The position numbers were made by a program, and so were the translations under genes. The notes beneath the pieces were generated by a model, which ran no database searches, had not been told where the DNA came from, and was given only the letters and a program-made list of their open reading frames with translations. A stretch of 63,344 nucleotides of DNA, the filler included. It is 9 parts of 9 records of this genome, joined end to end, with 100 filler letters (N's around TTAATTAATTAA, not from the genome) between each part and the next. Parts side by side here need not be neighbours in the genome. Positions count along the whole stretch, not along the records: positions 26,862 to 36,303 come from SRR31156797_50554; positions 36,404 to 42,132 come from SRR31156797_50582; 7 more parts are not named here. The stretch is one strand, 5' to 3'. Positions 28,925 to 39,931 of this stretch are shown piece by piece; within the stretch, counting starts at the first letter, position 1, and every line of letters begins with the position of its first letter.

Positions 28925-29491
28925 ATGGACATACCAACAATCATTTTAATAGCTGTTGCCCTGGCAATGGATGCCTTTGCCGTTGCAGTCACAGCCGGTT
29001 TCCAGATCAAGCGGCTCACTGCCCGCCACGTGTTCAGGCTCTCCTGGCATTTCGGATTCTTTCAGGCCCTGATGCCGGTGATCGGATGGTGCTCGGGCCG
29101 GGCGGTGATCTCCTACATCGAGCGCTATGACCACTGGGCTGCCTTTCTCCTTCTCCTATGGATCGGCGCCAATATGATCCGGGAGTCCTTTGACACAGAC
29201 GAAGACAAGCCCTTGATAGACCCCACCCGGGGAACACGGCTCGTCCTTCTTTCGGTTGCCACCAGCATCGACGCCCTGGCAGTGGGATTCAGCCTGGCCG
29301 CCCTCAAGGTCTCCATCCTCCTGCCTGTGATAATTATTGGAGTGGTGGCCCTCTGTTTTACCTGGATCGGCCTGATCCTGGGCAACCGGTTCCTCTCCTC
29401 GGGAAAGGTGGGAAAAAAGGCCGAGCTCCTGGGAGGCGTCATTCTCATCCTCATCGGCATCAGGATCCTCCACGAGCACAACGTATTTTAA
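28925..29491 (+). CDS. mntP: Manganese efflux pump MntP
   Basis: [49 protein letters not shown]. Confidence 0.93.
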   Translation: MDIPTIILIAVALAMDAFAVAVTAGFQIKRLTARHVFRLSWHFGFFQALMPVIGWCSGRAVISYIERYDHWAAFLLLLWIGANMIRESFDTDEDKPLIDPTRGTRLVLLSVATSIDALAVGFSLAALKVSILLPVIIIGVVALCFTWIGLILGNRFLSSGKVGKKAELLGGVILILIGIRILHEHNVF

Positions 29492-29559
29492 TATTTTGCC
29501 CTTTGCTCCCAGGCGCCATCTTTCAACCCGCAACCATGACAACGATAAACGAGTAAACC

Positions 29560-30981
29560 ATGACAATCCTGACCCAACCCATAGCACCTCCCCTTTCCAC
29601 CAGACATCGTTACCTGGGAGAACTTGCGGCCATCATCAAGCTTGCCCTTCCCATGCTGGTGACCCAGCTCGGCGTTTCCGCCGTGGGATTCATCGACACC
29701 ATGATGGCCGGCCATTACAGCAACACCGCCCTGGCAGGGTCCGCTGTGGGCGCAAGCATCGGCTTTCCCTGCATCATTGCCCTGAACGGGGTGATGATGG
29801 CGGTCACCCCCATCACGGCCCAGCTCACGGGAGCGGGCAACCTTGAAGCAACCGGCCCCAAGGTGCGGCAGGCCCTCTGGCTCGGCCTTGTGCTGGCCGC
29901 CCTCCTCTTTGCCGTGTTCGGACACATGGACACCGTCCTTGAAATAATGAAACTTGACAATGAGGTGGTCTCGGTGGCCAAGGGCTACCTGGCCGGTCTC
30001 TCTTGGGGATTACCTGCCATAGCCGGCTATTTTGTCCTGAAATCCTTTGTGGAGGGCCTTGGCGACACAAAACCCCAGATGGTGATCTCCGTCATCTCCG
30101 TTGCCTTCAATTATGTGGCCAACGACATCCTCATCCACGGGAAATGGGGGCTTCCCGAACTTGGCGGAGCCGGATGCGGCTATGCCAGCGGACTGACCTT
30201 CTGGGTCTCTTTCATCTGCATCCTCGCCTACGCCCTGGCAAACAAAAAATGCCGAAAGACCGGTGTGTTTTCAACCCTGTCGTTCCCTTCCGCAAAAGGG
30301 ATCATGGAAATCCTGAAACTGGGGCTGCCCATCGGCGCCACCATCTTCATGGAGTGCAGCATCTTCGCCTGTATCACCCTGTTCATCGGTGTGTTGGGAC
30401 CACTGATCGTGGGCGGACACCAGATCACCCTCAACTATTCGGGCCTGGTCTTTGCCTTTCCCTTGAGCATCGGCATGTCCATCACCATCCGGGCGGGACA
30501 CGCCATCGGCCGGAAAGACCCTGAAGGGGCCCGGTTTTCCTGTATCATGGGCTGCGCCCTGGCCATGGGGATCTCCCTTTTGACCCTCACCTTCACCCGG
30601 CTCTTTTCCCATGAGATCGTGGCCATCTACACCAAGGATCCCGAAGTGTCGGCCATTGCCGTGTCCCTCTTGAAAATCGGCGCCCTCTACCAGGTATCCG
30701 ACGCCATCATGACCACCTCCCAGGGCGCGCTCCGGGGATACAAGGATGCCAACATGACCCTGCTGCTAACCTTTACGGCCTATTGGGTGATCACCCTGCC
30801 CCTGGGCTATGTCCTTGCCATGACCGACCTTGTGGTGCCGGCACTGGGGGCCAAGGGATTCTGGCTGAGCCTCATCGCGGGCCTCACCATCTCCGGGGTG
30901 TTGCTCTCGTCCCGCCTCTACCGGGTCAGCAGCAACCTTATTAAAAACCAACGCCATGGTGACGGCCATCACTGTGTTTAA
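29560..30981 (+). CDS. MATE family efflux transporter (NorM-like)
   Basis: LALPML, FIDTMMAG, GKWGLPELGGAGCG, LKLGLPIG, YQVSDA..GALRGYKD. Confidence 0.92.
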   Translation: MTILTQPIAPPLSTRHRYLGELAAIIKLALPMLVTQLGVSAVGFIDTMMAGHYSNTALAGSAVGASIGFPCIIALNGVMMAVTPITAQLTGAGNLEATGPKVRQALWLGLVLAALLFAVFGHMDTVLEIMKLDNEVVSVAKGYLAGLSWGLPAIAGYFVLKSFVEGLGDTKPQMVISVISVAFNYVANDILIHGKWGLPELGGAGCGYASGLTFWVSFICILAYALANKKCRKTGVFSTLSFPSAKGIMEILKLGLPIGATIFMECSIFACITLFIGVLGPLIVGGHQITLNYSGLVFAFPLSIGMSITIRAGHAIGRKDPEGARFSCIMGCALAMGISLLTLTFTRLFSHEIVAIYTKDPEVSAIAVSLLKIGALYQVSDAIMTTSQGALRGYKDANMTLLLTFTAYWVITLPLGYVLAMTDLVVPALGAKGFWLSLIAGLTISGVLLSSRLYRVSSNLIKNQRHGDGHHCV

Positions 30982-31049
30982 TCGTTGCCGGTCCCTCCGG
31001 GGGCCGGTCTGATTCTTATTTTCCCAACGCCCAGGAGAGACCATCGACC

Positions 31050-31283
31050 ATGACCAACCACAGCAACTCCCCGATCCCGGATCCGTCACTGCTTCTCAAG
31101 ATCGCCCGCACCCCCATGCCCTTCGGGAAATACAAGGATCTTCCCCTGGTGGATCTTCCCGAGCCCTATGTGGTGTGGTTTGCCCAGAAGGGTTTTCCCA
31201 AGGGAGAGCTCGGAGAGATGCTGAAGATGCTCTACGAGATCAAGGTGAACGGGCTCGAGTACCTGCTCAAGCCTCTGAAATAA
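31050..31283 (+). CDS. DUF3820 family small protein
   Basis: MPFGKYK..LVDLPEPYVVWF..KGFPKGELG..EIKVNGLEYLL. Confidence 0.85.
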   Translation: MTNHSNSPIPDPSLLLKIARTPMPFGKYKDLPLVDLPEPYVVWFAQKGFPKGELGEMLKMLYEIKVNGLEYLLKPLK

Positions 31284-31390
31284 CGCGCTCCGGGGCCCGG
31301 CCTGGACCGAGGTCCCCGTTTTTATGGGTTTTACAAACCCTTATTCTGTCTTATAATGATCCAATTAAATATTTTTCGGAGAAAAAAACA

Positions 31391-32290
31391 ATGCTAGTAA
31401 TCGGCAGCTATAACGAACTTGTTGTTGAACGGAAGGTGGATTTTGGTTTTTACCTCAATCCCAAGGAGGACGAAGTCCTGCTTCCGGCCAAATACGCCCC
31501 CGAGGGTCTTGAACCCGGGGATACCATCCAGGTGTTTGTCTACACCGATTCCGAGGACCGGCCCATTGCCACCACCCTCACCCCCCTGGCCGTGGTGGGC
31601 GACTTTGCCTGCCTCGAAGTCAAGGATATCCAGCCCTTTGGCGCTTTTCTGGAGTGGGGACTTGAAAAAGATCTCTTTCTGCCCAAATCGGAGATGCAGG
31701 ATCGGCTAAAACCGGGGGATAAGGTTGTCGTAAAGGCCTGCCTTGATACAAGCACCAACCGGGTCTATGCCACGAACAAAATTTCCCTGCACACGGAGAA
31801 AAACCTGGAAGAGCTCTCCCAGGGGGAGATGGTGGATCTCCTGATCTACGGCATCACCACCCTTGGCTTCAAGGCGATCATCAACAACCGGTACGCCGGC
31901 ATGCTGTACCGCAACGAGACCTTCAGGGAACTCTCAATCGGAGAGCGGACAACCGGGTACATCCAGCGCATCAAGGAGGACGGCAAGATCGATCTTCTCC
32001 TGAAAAAACCCGGGTACGGCTCCGTGTCGGACTCCGCCACCGGCATCCTCGAACTTTTGGAAAAGGAGGGAGGGTTTATTCCCATCAACGACAAAAGCTC
32101 CCCGGACGCCATCAGGGAACGGTTCGCCATGAGCAAAAAGGAATTCAAGCGAACCATCGGCGGGCTGTACAAGAAAAGGATCATCCAAATCACCGATACC
32201 GGCATCACCCTGGTGGAGCAGCCTAAGGGAGCGGCACAGGCCGCCCCGGAACCCTCCCCCTGGGACGCGGCGACCAAAAAGCGTTCCTGA
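31391..32290 (+). CDS. cvfB: CvfB/YitL S1-domain RNA-binding protein
   Basis: VFVYTDSEDRPIAT, GAFLEWGLEKDLFLP, DGKIDL, DKSSPDAI..FAMSKKEFKRTIGGLYK. Confidence 0.88.
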   Translation: MLVIGSYNELVVERKVDFGFYLNPKEDEVLLPAKYAPEGLEPGDTIQVFVYTDSEDRPIATTLTPLAVVGDFACLEVKDIQPFGAFLEWGLEKDLFLPKSEMQDRLKPGDKVVVKACLDTSTNRVYATNKISLHTEKNLEELSQGEMVDLLIYGITTLGFKAIINNRYAGMLYRNETFRELSIGERTTGYIQRIKEDGKIDLLLKKPGYGSVSDSATGILELLEKEGGFIPINDKSSPDAIRERFAMSKKEFKRTIGGLYKKRIIQITDTGITLVEQPKGAAQAAPEPSPWDAATKKRS

Positions 32291-32378
32291 TAAGACGCCC
32301 CACCGACACTCCTGGCCCGCCACCCGCAAACAACAGCCCTTAAACCGAAAACGGGTAGGCGGCCAGGAAGAGATGGAA

Positions 32379-35039
32379 TCAATCCACCTTGATGAGGCGG
32401 AGGGAATCGAGGCGGAGCCGGGCTGTGTCCATGTGGGCCAAAAGCCCAGTAGCCTCCTCCCGTGCCGCCATGATCTCATCCTCCCGGATGGCGGGATTGC
32501 GCTCCTTGAGCCGGGCAAGCCGCCTGGCCTCGCCACCGACAAGTTGGATCACCTCGTCCTTGGCCTTTTCAATTGCCTGGGCCGCCTCTTTTTCGGCAAG
32601 TTTGAACCCGGCCTCCACAAGCTGGGGCAGCAGTTTTTCCTTTATTTCGGGAAACTGGCCGAGCCAGGACCTGGCGCAGGTGGAGACCTTTTCGTTGAGG
32701 GCCTCTGACGGCAGTTTTCGGGTCAAGTCGGTCAGGGTGTGATCCACCAGGCAGCGTATGGGCGTTCTTGCCAGGAACCGGTTGATGTGAAGCTCCCTGG
32801 GCGCGACGCACTCCAGGATGTAAACCGACTCCAGCAGGATCTGGAATTCGCCGGTGCCTCGGATCTCGGCAATGGAGACATTGCCGTTGTCGCTGCCGAG
32901 GAACAGCTCCATGGCGCCGGTCACCATGGGATGATCCCAGGTCAGGAATTCGATATCGTCCCGGGTCACGGCCACCTTTCTGTCAAAAGTCACCACCATT
33001 CTATCCGACTTGAGGCCGGGAAACTCAACCTCCGAGGCATTGAGCACCTCCAGCCGGTAGGTCCTCTCCATGACCGGTTCCGGAGAAATGCCGTAAAACT
33101 TGAACATCCTTGCCATGAAACGATCGATCCCCGTGTCTCCATCCATGGATCGGATGGTATCAACCAGGCCCCGGGCTTTCCCGGGCCGGAAGGAGTTGAG
33201 TTCCAGCAGCCGGTCCCGGCCTGAAGAAAGCTGTTCAGCGATCTCCCGGGAAAACGCCCGGGTATGATCGATCAGCGCCCCAAGCGCCTCCTCCGGAAAC
33301 GTTTCATCTCCGTTACACTGGGTTGCCAAGGTTTCAAGGGTTGCTTCAAACCGTTTGTGAATCTGGTGGATGCCGCTGATGTTCTTTTCAAATATGCCCG
33401 TGCCCTCCTTGTACCACCGGGCCAGGATCTCCTGGACGCTGCCTTTGGCATAGGGCACATGGATGGAGATGGGATGCTGCTGGCCGATCCTGTCCAGCCG
33501 CCCGATCCGCTGCTCAACCAGCTCGGGATTGGCGGGCAGGTCGAACATCACCAGATGGTGGGCGAACTGAAAATTACGCCCTTCGCTCCCGATCTCGGAG
33601 CAGATCATCAGCTGGGCCCCGTCGGGCTCGGAAAACCATGCCGCGCTCCTGTCCCGCTGCATGATGGTCATGGTCTCGGTGAACAAGGCGATCTTGATGG
33701 ACACGATCTCCCGGATGGCCGATTCGATCCGGGCCACGGTGTCAGGAGAACTGCAGATCAGGAGCACCTTGTCATTGCCCCGTTTTTTCAGCAGGGTGAC
33801 AAGCCACTGGATTTTTTCACGAACGGCAGCCCCATGGTCCGCCCCGGCCACGGCAAGGGGATAAAGGATGCCCCGGCGCTCGGGAAACCCCTTGATCACG
33901 GCCCGGGTATTCCGGAACACGGCCCGGCCCGGCCCGTGGCAATCCAGCATCTCCCTCATTTTGGGCGAATCCTCGTCCAGGGCCATCAGGTCGTCCATGG
34001 CGGCGGCCGTTTGCCGGTAGGCCCGGCTCTCTTGAAGATAGGTCTCAAAATCGGTGTACCGGGCAGGATCCAGGAGCCTGAGATGGGAAAAATGGGTCCG
34101 CTGGCCAAGCTGTTCCGGGGTGGCGCTCAACAGCATCATACCGGTTTCTGGGCTGCCAAGCCCCTCCAGCAGGGAATAGGCCATGCTTCCCTCTTCCACG
34201 TGGTGGACCTCATCCACCACCACCATGTCCCATCCCGCTTCCATGAGCTGGACCCGCCGGCGCTTGTTCTCCGCCACCCCTTCCAGGGAGCAGAGGACCA
34301 GCTGGTCGGATAAGAAGGGATTGGCGCCGGGCTCCGACCGTTCCATATCCCGGCAATGGTCTTCGTCAAAGATCCGGAAGACAAGGTTGAACCGCCGGTA
34401 GAACTCGACAAACCACTGGTGAACCAGGGCGTCGGGCACCAGGATCACCACCCGGGAGATCCGCTCGCTCAACAGGAGCCGGTGGAGGATCAGGCAGGCC
34501 TCGATGGTCTTGCCAAGCCCGGTCTCATCGGAAAGAAGAATTCGGGGCACGTGCCGGGCCGCCACCTCGCCGGCGATATAAAACTGGTGGGGCACGAGAT
34601 CCACCCGGCCGCCCATGAACCCCATGGTCTCGGAACGTTCGTGCTCGAACCGCAGACGATTGGCCTCATACCGCAGGTCAAAGGTCTCCACCGGGTCGAA
34701 CATGCCGGCCCCAAGCCGGTCCCTGGGTGCAGAAACACTCATGGCATCGGAAAGATCCGGCTCAAGCACGCTCCGGCCCCCGCCCCGGTAGCGAAGAAGC
34801 CCGTCCTCCTCCTCCACGGATTCAACCACCATGGTGGTGTTGTCACGAAAGGTGACGGTGTCCCCCACATCAAACCGGACCCGTCTCAAGGGGGCGTTGC
34901 TCACGGTGTAGCGCCGGACGCAGTTACTGGCCGCAAAATTGATGGCAAGGGTCCTTGCATCACTCTCGACAAGGATGCCAAGCCCCAGTTCCGGTTCCAT
35001 TTCGCTTGTGAAGCGCTGGCCTATTTTCAATTGTATCAT
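32379..35039 (-). CDS. rapA: RNA polymerase-associated SNF2 ATPase RapA/HepA
   Basis: GQRFTSEMEPELGLG, LSDETGLGKTIEA, DEVHH, SATPEQLG, CSEIGSEGRNFQFAHHL, EQRIGRLDRIGQ, GRDRLLELNS. Confidence 0.93.
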   Translation of the reverse strand: MIQLKIGQRFTSEMEPELGLGILVESDARTLAINFAASNCVRRYTVSNAPLRRVRFDVGDTVTFRDNTTMVVESVEEEDGLLRYRGGGRSVLEPDLSDAMSVSAPRDRLGAGMFDPVETFDLRYEANRLRFEHERSETMGFMGGRVDLVPHQFYIAGEVAARHVPRILLSDETGLGKTIEACLILHRLLLSERISRVVILVPDALVHQWFVEFYRRFNLVFRIFDEDHCRDMERSEPGANPFLSDQLVLCSLEGVAENKRRRVQLMEAGWDMVVVDEVHHVEEGSMAYSLLEGLGSPETGMMLLSATPEQLGQRTHFSHLRLLDPARYTDFETYLQESRAYRQTAAAMDDLMALDEDSPKMREMLDCHGPGRAVFRNTRAVIKGFPERRGILYPLAVAGADHGAAVREKIQWLVTLLKKRGNDKVLLICSSPDTVARIESAIREIVSIKIALFTETMTIMQRDRSAAWFSEPDGAQLMICSEIGSEGRNFQFAHHLVMFDLPANPELVEQRIGRLDRIGQQHPISIHVPYAKGSVQEILARWYKEGTGIFEKNISGIHQIHKRFEATLETLATQCNGDETFPEEALGALIDHTRAFSREIAEQLSSGRDRLLELNSFRPGKARGLVDTIRSMDGDTGIDRFMARMFKFYGISPEPVMERTYRLEVLNASEVEFPGLKSDRMVVTFDRKVAVTRDDIEFLTWDHPMVTGAMELFLGSDNGNVSIAEIRGTGEFQILLESVYILECVAPRELHINRFLARTPIRCLVDHTLTDLTRKLPSEALNEKVSTCARSWLGQFPEIKEKLLPQLVEAGFKLAEKEAAQAIEKAKDEVIQLVGGEARRLARLKERNPAIREDEIMAAREEATGLLAHMDTARLRLDSLRLIKVD

Positions 35040-35224
35040 CGACTCAGGATTTCCCAGAAGGTAATAAAAAAAGGGAGATATATGCCAGAAAACCGAACGC
35101 TTGTCAATGATCGCCCGAACAGGTCAGGAGATAATCCTATACAGGAACAGAGATTAACGATATAGTCGGTCATTTTTTAATCGCCAGCAATTTTTATTTT
35201 TCTCTTCACCGGGATGCGGAACAT

Positions 35225-35878
35225 ATGACAGATCAGAATGAATGTAAGCGGTGCGGCACCTGCTGCGAAAACGGCGGCCCTGCACTGCACAGCCAGGACC
35301 TGCCTTTGATAGAAAACGGATCGTTATCCCTGGATAACCTCATCACCATCAGAAAGGGTGAGCTTGCCCATGATCCGGTCACAAACGCCATTGAGCCGGT
35401 CAAAACCGAGCTGTTGAAGATCCGCGGAAAAAAGGGATCATGGGCCTGTATCTTTTATGACAAGAACGGGAAGGGATGCACCATATACGACCATCGTCCC
35501 CTGGCCTGCGGGGTGCTCAAGTGCTGGGACACGGATGAGATTCTCGCCCTTGCCGGCAAGGACCTCCTTTCCCGGCTGGACCTTGTGAAGGAGGACAATC
35601 CCCTGAAGAAACGGATGATCGAGCATGAACAGCTTTTTCCGGTACCGAATCTGAAAACCATCTCCCGGACCGTTTCCCGGTCATCCAAAAAAACAATCAA
35701 AAAACTTGAACGGATCAGCAATAAGGATATTGCCTATCGCATCCAGGCCATCGATGAATTTCATCTCTCCGTGTCGGAAGAGCTGTTCTATTTTGGCCGC
35801 CCGCTTTTCCAGCTGCTTACCCCCCTTGGGTTCACCGCAAGGGAAACGGCTTCAGGCATCAAACTGCAATTCAAGTAA
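35225..35878 (+). CDS. YkgJ family cysteine-cluster protein
   Basis: CKRCGTCC, CIFY, CTIYDHRPLAC. Confidence 0.85.
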   Translation: MTDQNECKRCGTCCENGGPALHSQDLPLIENGSLSLDNLITIRKGELAHDPVTNAIEPVKTELLKIRGKKGSWACIFYDKNGKGCTIYDHRPLACGVLKCWDTDEILALAGKDLLSRLDLVKEDNPLKKRMIEHEQLFPVPNLKTISRTVSRSSKKTIKKLERISNKDIAYRIQAIDEFHLSVSEELFYFGRPLFQLLTPLGFTARETASGIKLQFK

Positions 35879-35907
35879 CAAAAACGGGCGCTGAAGAACG
35901 GGAGCGG

Positions 35908-36303
35908 TTACACATGGACCGTTACGCCGTTCTCAGCCAGGATCTCCATCATGGACTCCGAAGGCATGGTGTCGGTGAAAAGTTCGTCAAGATCCGAGAC
36001 ATGGCCCAGGCGAACCATGGCCTCCCTTCCGAATTTGGAGTGATCGGCCGCAAGCAGCACCTTTGACGAGTTGGCGATGATCGCCTTGGCCACCTGGACC
36101 TCCCGGTAGTCAAAATCCAGGAGATCGCCGTTATGGCCGATGCCGCTGATGCCGATGACGCAATAGTCGGTCCGGAACTGGCGGATGAACTCAAGGGTGG
36201 CATGGCCCGTGATGCCGCAGTCCCGGTGCCTCACAATCCCGCCGGCCATGTAAACCTCGATCTCGGGATTCCGGCTCAGGGTGACGGCCACGTTCAGGTT
36301 GTT
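35908..36303 (-). CDS. glpR: DeoR/GlpR family regulator, C-terminal part
   Basis: NNLNVA, AGGIVRHRD, GISGI..GDLLDFDYREV, LAADHSKFGR. Confidence 0.85.
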   Translation of the reverse strand, partial: NNLNVAVTLSRNPEIEVYMAGGIVRHRDCGITGHATLEFIRQFRTDYCVIGISGIGHNGDLLDFDYREVQVAKAIIANSSKVLLAADHSKFGREAMVRLGHVSDLDELFTDTMPSESMMEILAENGVTVHV

Positions 36304-36403
36304 NNNNNNNNNNNNNNNNNNNNNNNNNNNNNNNNNNNNNNNNNNNNTTAATTAATTAANNNNNNNNNNNNNNNNNNNNNNNNNNNNNNNNNNNNNNNNN
36401 NNN
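36304..36403. other. Artificial contig linker
   Basis: N44-TTAATTAATTAA-N44. Confidence 0.99.
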
Positions 36404-36613
36404 ACCCTTGGCAGTGAGAAAATGGCTGATATGGTCTACTCGGGCTTTATCCGCCTGGGCAAAACCATACTGGGCGTCATAAACGGCATGGAATACGGTG
36501 TCGGAGAACTGGTTGCGGACCTGGGATACAAGGTTCACCAGATCACCCCTGCAAAGGTGACCCTTTTAACCGAATCCAATAAACAGATCATCCTTTACTT
36601 GGAAGAAGATTAA
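36404..36613 (+). CDS. Hypothetical pilus/secretion accessory protein, C-terminal fragment
   Basis: Open frame ending 1 nt before pilQ; YSGFI..GVINGMEYGVGE resembles PilP/GspB-like beta domains. Confidence 0.5.
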   Translation, partial: TLGSEKMADMVYSGFIRLGKTILGVINGMEYGVGELVADLGYKVHQITPAKVTLLTESNKQIILYLEED

Positions 36614-36614
36614 A

Positions 36615-38312
36615 ATGAAAAAAATCCTTCAAATTTGTTTTTTAGTATTGATTGCAATGTGTTTGATTTCCGGCTGCAAAACCACGGAAAAAGAAGCCCA
36701 AAAGCCCGACCGCTTTGAAAAATGGCGGACCATGGCCGACGATTCACCCAAAAACACCCCCGACCCCAGGCCCTATAATGAACAGGCGGACAAAGACGTG
36801 CAGGAAATCGTCAAGGCCCTTGAGCAGGAACAGGCCGCCCGGGCAGCAGCAGAGGCCCGGGCAATGAAAGAACCGGAAAAACACCTTCCCACCATGCGGC
36901 TGACCATGAAAATGCACGATGTGCCGGTGGCGGTTCTCTTAAGGACCCTGGCCCGGGCCGCAGACATTAATATCCTCATCAATGAAACCGTATCCGGCCA
37001 GGCCAAGATCAATATCGTCAATGTATCCTGGGACCAGGCCTTTACCGGCCTGCTCAACACCTACGGCCTGACCTATAAGTGGAGCGGGGATATTCTCAGG
37101 GTGATCACCGTGGAGGATCTGAACAAGGAAATCGCCCTCATGGAGGCCACCCAGAAATTCCAGAAATCCAAAAAAGAACATGCCCTGGCCATGCGGGAAA
37201 TCGCCAGAAAGGCTGAAAAACTGGAACCCCTGGTGACCCGGGTGGTAAAAATCAATTTTGCAGACCTGGCCGAGATCCGGGACAATATTGAAAACTATCT
37301 TATTTCCAATTCCCGGGAACTGGCCTTGAAAAAAGCCTCCATGGAAGGGGATAAGAAAAAAGCGCCCGCCAAAACAGAGGGGTTCAGGGGATCCATCCTC
37401 AAGGATAAAAATACCAATTCTCTGATCATCCACGCCACCAGGGCCGACCTTGACAAAATCATGCCCCTGGTCCAGAAACTGGACCGGCCCAGCCGCCAGA
37501 TCCTCATCGAGGCCCATATTGTGGAGGCCACCTCGGATACGGCCAAGGAACTGGGGGTCCAATGGGGCGGGCTGGGCGAAACCAGCCAGAGCAACGGATC
37601 AAAACGCCACTCCATCGGGGGGGGCAGCATGACGGATTTCAACCAGGGACTGAGGGATTCCGACGGAAATCCCCAGCCCTATGAACCCAATGACGGCAAT
37701 ATTTCCAACTTCCCCATAGAAGCGGCCACCTCTGGCCTCTCTTTGGGGATGATGACCCAGAAGGTCGGGGAATATGTCCTCTATGCCCAGCTCTCGGCCC
37801 TGGAGCAGGAGGGCAAGCTCAATATTTTGTCCAAACCCTCCATCACCACCCTGGACCACCATAAGGCCAGCATTGAGTCGGGCAAGGATGTCCCCTTCCA
37901 GACCGTGGAGGACGGGGAGGTCAATATTGAATGGAGAAAGGCCGTCATCAGCCTGGAAGTCACCCCCCATGTGATCAACAATGAGATTGTCCGCCTTGAA
38001 ATCCTCACCCACAAGGATGAACTGGATTTTACCAATACAGTGGAAGGCAATCCCACCATTATTACCAAAAATGCCGAAACCATGGTCAACCTCTTTGACG
38101 GCCAGACCACGGTCATCGGCGGGCTCAACAAGGAGTTTGTCGAGGAAGGGGAGTCCGGGGTCCCCTGGATGAAGGATGTACCGGGGTTGGGCTGGTTATT
38201 TAAAAGCGTTAAAAACGGTTCGGATATGGAAGAACTTTTGATTTTCATCACCCCCCATATCCTGGAAGGCAAACATTCAATCGCAGATGCATCCGGGAAA
38301 AATCCCGAATAG
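36615..38312 (+). CDS. pilQ: Type IV pilus secretin PilQ
   Basis: Lipobox ISGC, WDQAF, QILIEAHIVEA, LGVQWG, secretin C-terminus GVPWMKDVPGLGWLFK..ELLIFITPHI. Confidence 0.92.
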   Translation: MKKILQICFLVLIAMCLISGCKTTEKEAQKPDRFEKWRTMADDSPKNTPDPRPYNEQADKDVQEIVKALEQEQAARAAAEARAMKEPEKHLPTMRLTMKMHDVPVAVLLRTLARAADINILINETVSGQAKINIVNVSWDQAFTGLLNTYGLTYKWSGDILRVITVEDLNKEIALMEATQKFQKSKKEHALAMREIARKAEKLEPLVTRVVKINFADLAEIRDNIENYLISNSRELALKKASMEGDKKKAPAKTEGFRGSILKDKNTNSLIIHATRADLDKIMPLVQKLDRPSRQILIEAHIVEATSDTAKELGVQWGGLGETSQSNGSKRHSIGGGSMTDFNQGLRDSDGNPQPYEPNDGNISNFPIEAATSGLSLGMMTQKVGEYVLYAQLSALEQEGKLNILSKPSITTLDHHKASIESGKDVPFQTVEDGEVNIEWRKAVISLEVTPHVINNEIVRLEILTHKDELDFTNTVEGNPTIITKNAETMVNLFDGQTTVIGGLNKEFVEEGESGVPWMKDVPGLGWLFKSVKNGSDMEELLIFITPHILEGKHSIADASGKNPE

Positions 38313-38319
38313 GTCAGCC

Positions 38320-39906
38320 ATGGAATATTACCGGACCCTTCACCTGGAAAAGGAACCCTTTTCCAATTCCCCTGACCCGGGCTTTTTTTTCAACTCCCGG
38401 CAGCACAGGGAGGCCCTACAGCAGCTGGAAATTTCCATCCGGCTCCGCCGGGGCCTCAATGTGATCACCGGGGATGTGGGCACCGGAAAGACAACGGTCT
38501 GCCGCCAGCTCATCCGGAAAATAGACCATGACGACACCATCCGCTATTTTTTAATCCTGGATCCGGGATTTGCCTCGGCACCGGAATTTTTATCGGCCAT
38601 CCTCACCCAGTTCACCGGCATCATCCCCTCAAAGGAAGATGCAGGCAATGAAATTCTCCTCAAGGAAAAGATCAAAACCTTTCTCTTTTCCAGGGGGGTG
38701 GACCAGGATATGATCACCGTCCTTATGATAGACGAGGGCCAGAAACTCCCGTTTTTCTGCCTGGAAACCTTAAGGGAACTGCTCAATTACGAGACCAATG
38801 ATAAAAAACTCCTCCAGATCGTTATCTTTGCCCAGAATGAATTTAATCCCATTATCGGGGGGATGGAAAATTTCATGGACCGGATCAATTTCCGGTACAC
38901 CTTTACCCCCTTGGGTTTCAGGGAGACCCGGGAGTTTATTCAATTCAGGATAGAGCAGTCGGCAGATCCCAAGGCCTTTGAAGGAAAAAAACTTCCCGGA
39001 TTTTCACTCCCCGCCCTATGGGCCGTCCATAGGTATACCCGCGGATATCCCAGGAAAATCATCAACCTCTGCCACCATGTTATTTTGGCCCTGATCATTA
39101 AACATAAAACCCGGGCCGGATACTTTTTTGTCCGCTCCTGCGCCGGCCAGGTTTTTTTCCGGAAGCCAAAAGCTTTGGTGTTTCGTCTTTCAACCGCCCT
39201 TGTTTTGTTTTTTATGGCTGCAGGGATATTGAATTTTACGGATATACCCGGAATGATCATTGATAAATTTGACCGGGCCGTTTTTACCGAATCTGCTGCG
39301 GCCCCGGAAAAACCGGCTGCCGACCTTCCCCAACGAGGGGATCCCCTTGAACCGGTGGTTGAACCGGCGGTTGAGAAGGTGGTCAAGCAGGTGGTCAAAC
39401 CAGAGGGTTTACCCCCATCCATTCCTGAGACGCCTGCGGCCCTATCCCCCCCGTCCCTTCTGGGCCGGATGAAAGTCCCGAAAAACGAAACCCTGTACAA
39501 TATGCTGGCCACGGTATACGGCAGCTTTTCCAAAACCTGCCAGGACCGGTTTCTGGATAAAAATCCGGATATCGTCAACCCTGACCTGATTTTTCACGGA
39601 CTCTGGGTGAGCTTTCCCGTTCTCCAGGCCCCGGCCGGGTGGACCCCGGAAAATTCCTGCCTGGTATATGCAAGGGAAGACAGATTTGAAACAGCCTATG
39701 AAAAGGCCAGGAACTGCAGAAGCAAAGGGGTGGATACACGGATTATATCTGCCTGGGACCCAGGCGGATACCTGTATCTTGTTGTGCTGGACAGGATATT
39801 CGTCACAGCCGAGGCCGCCTGTGATACAAAGGCCGGCCTGGCAGAACGAATAGAACTGGAAGAAGAGAATATCGCCGCCCTGATCGGAAAGAGGATCATA
39901 TTATGA
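38320..39906 (+). CDS. ExeA/GspA-type AAA ATPase with TM and periplasmic LysM-like region
   Basis: PFSNSPDP, GDVGTGKTT, IDEGQ, LRELLNYET, GYPRKIINLC; TM segment; ETLYNML..NPDIVNPDLI. Confidence 0.82.
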   Translation: MEYYRTLHLEKEPFSNSPDPGFFFNSRQHREALQQLEISIRLRRGLNVITGDVGTGKTTVCRQLIRKIDHDDTIRYFLILDPGFASAPEFLSAILTQFTGIIPSKEDAGNEILLKEKIKTFLFSRGVDQDMITVLMIDEGQKLPFFCLETLRELLNYETNDKKLLQIVIFAQNEFNPIIGGMENFMDRINFRYTFTPLGFRETREFIQFRIEQSADPKAFEGKKLPGFSLPALWAVHRYTRGYPRKIINLCHHVILALIIKHKTRAGYFFVRSCAGQVFFRKPKALVFRLSTALVLFFMAAGILNFTDIPGMIIDKFDRAVFTESAAAPEKPAADLPQRGDPLEPVVEPAVEKVVKQVVKPEGLPPSIPETPAALSPPSLLGRMKVPKNETLYNMLATVYGSFSKTCQDRFLDKNPDIVNPDLIFHGLWVSFPVLQAPAGWTPENSCLVYAREDRFETAYEKARNCRSKGVDTRIISAWDPGGYLYLVVLDRIFVTAEAACDTKAGLAERIELEEENIAALIGKRIIL

Positions 39907-39931
39907 ATTCGGTATTAAAAAGAGGATATGG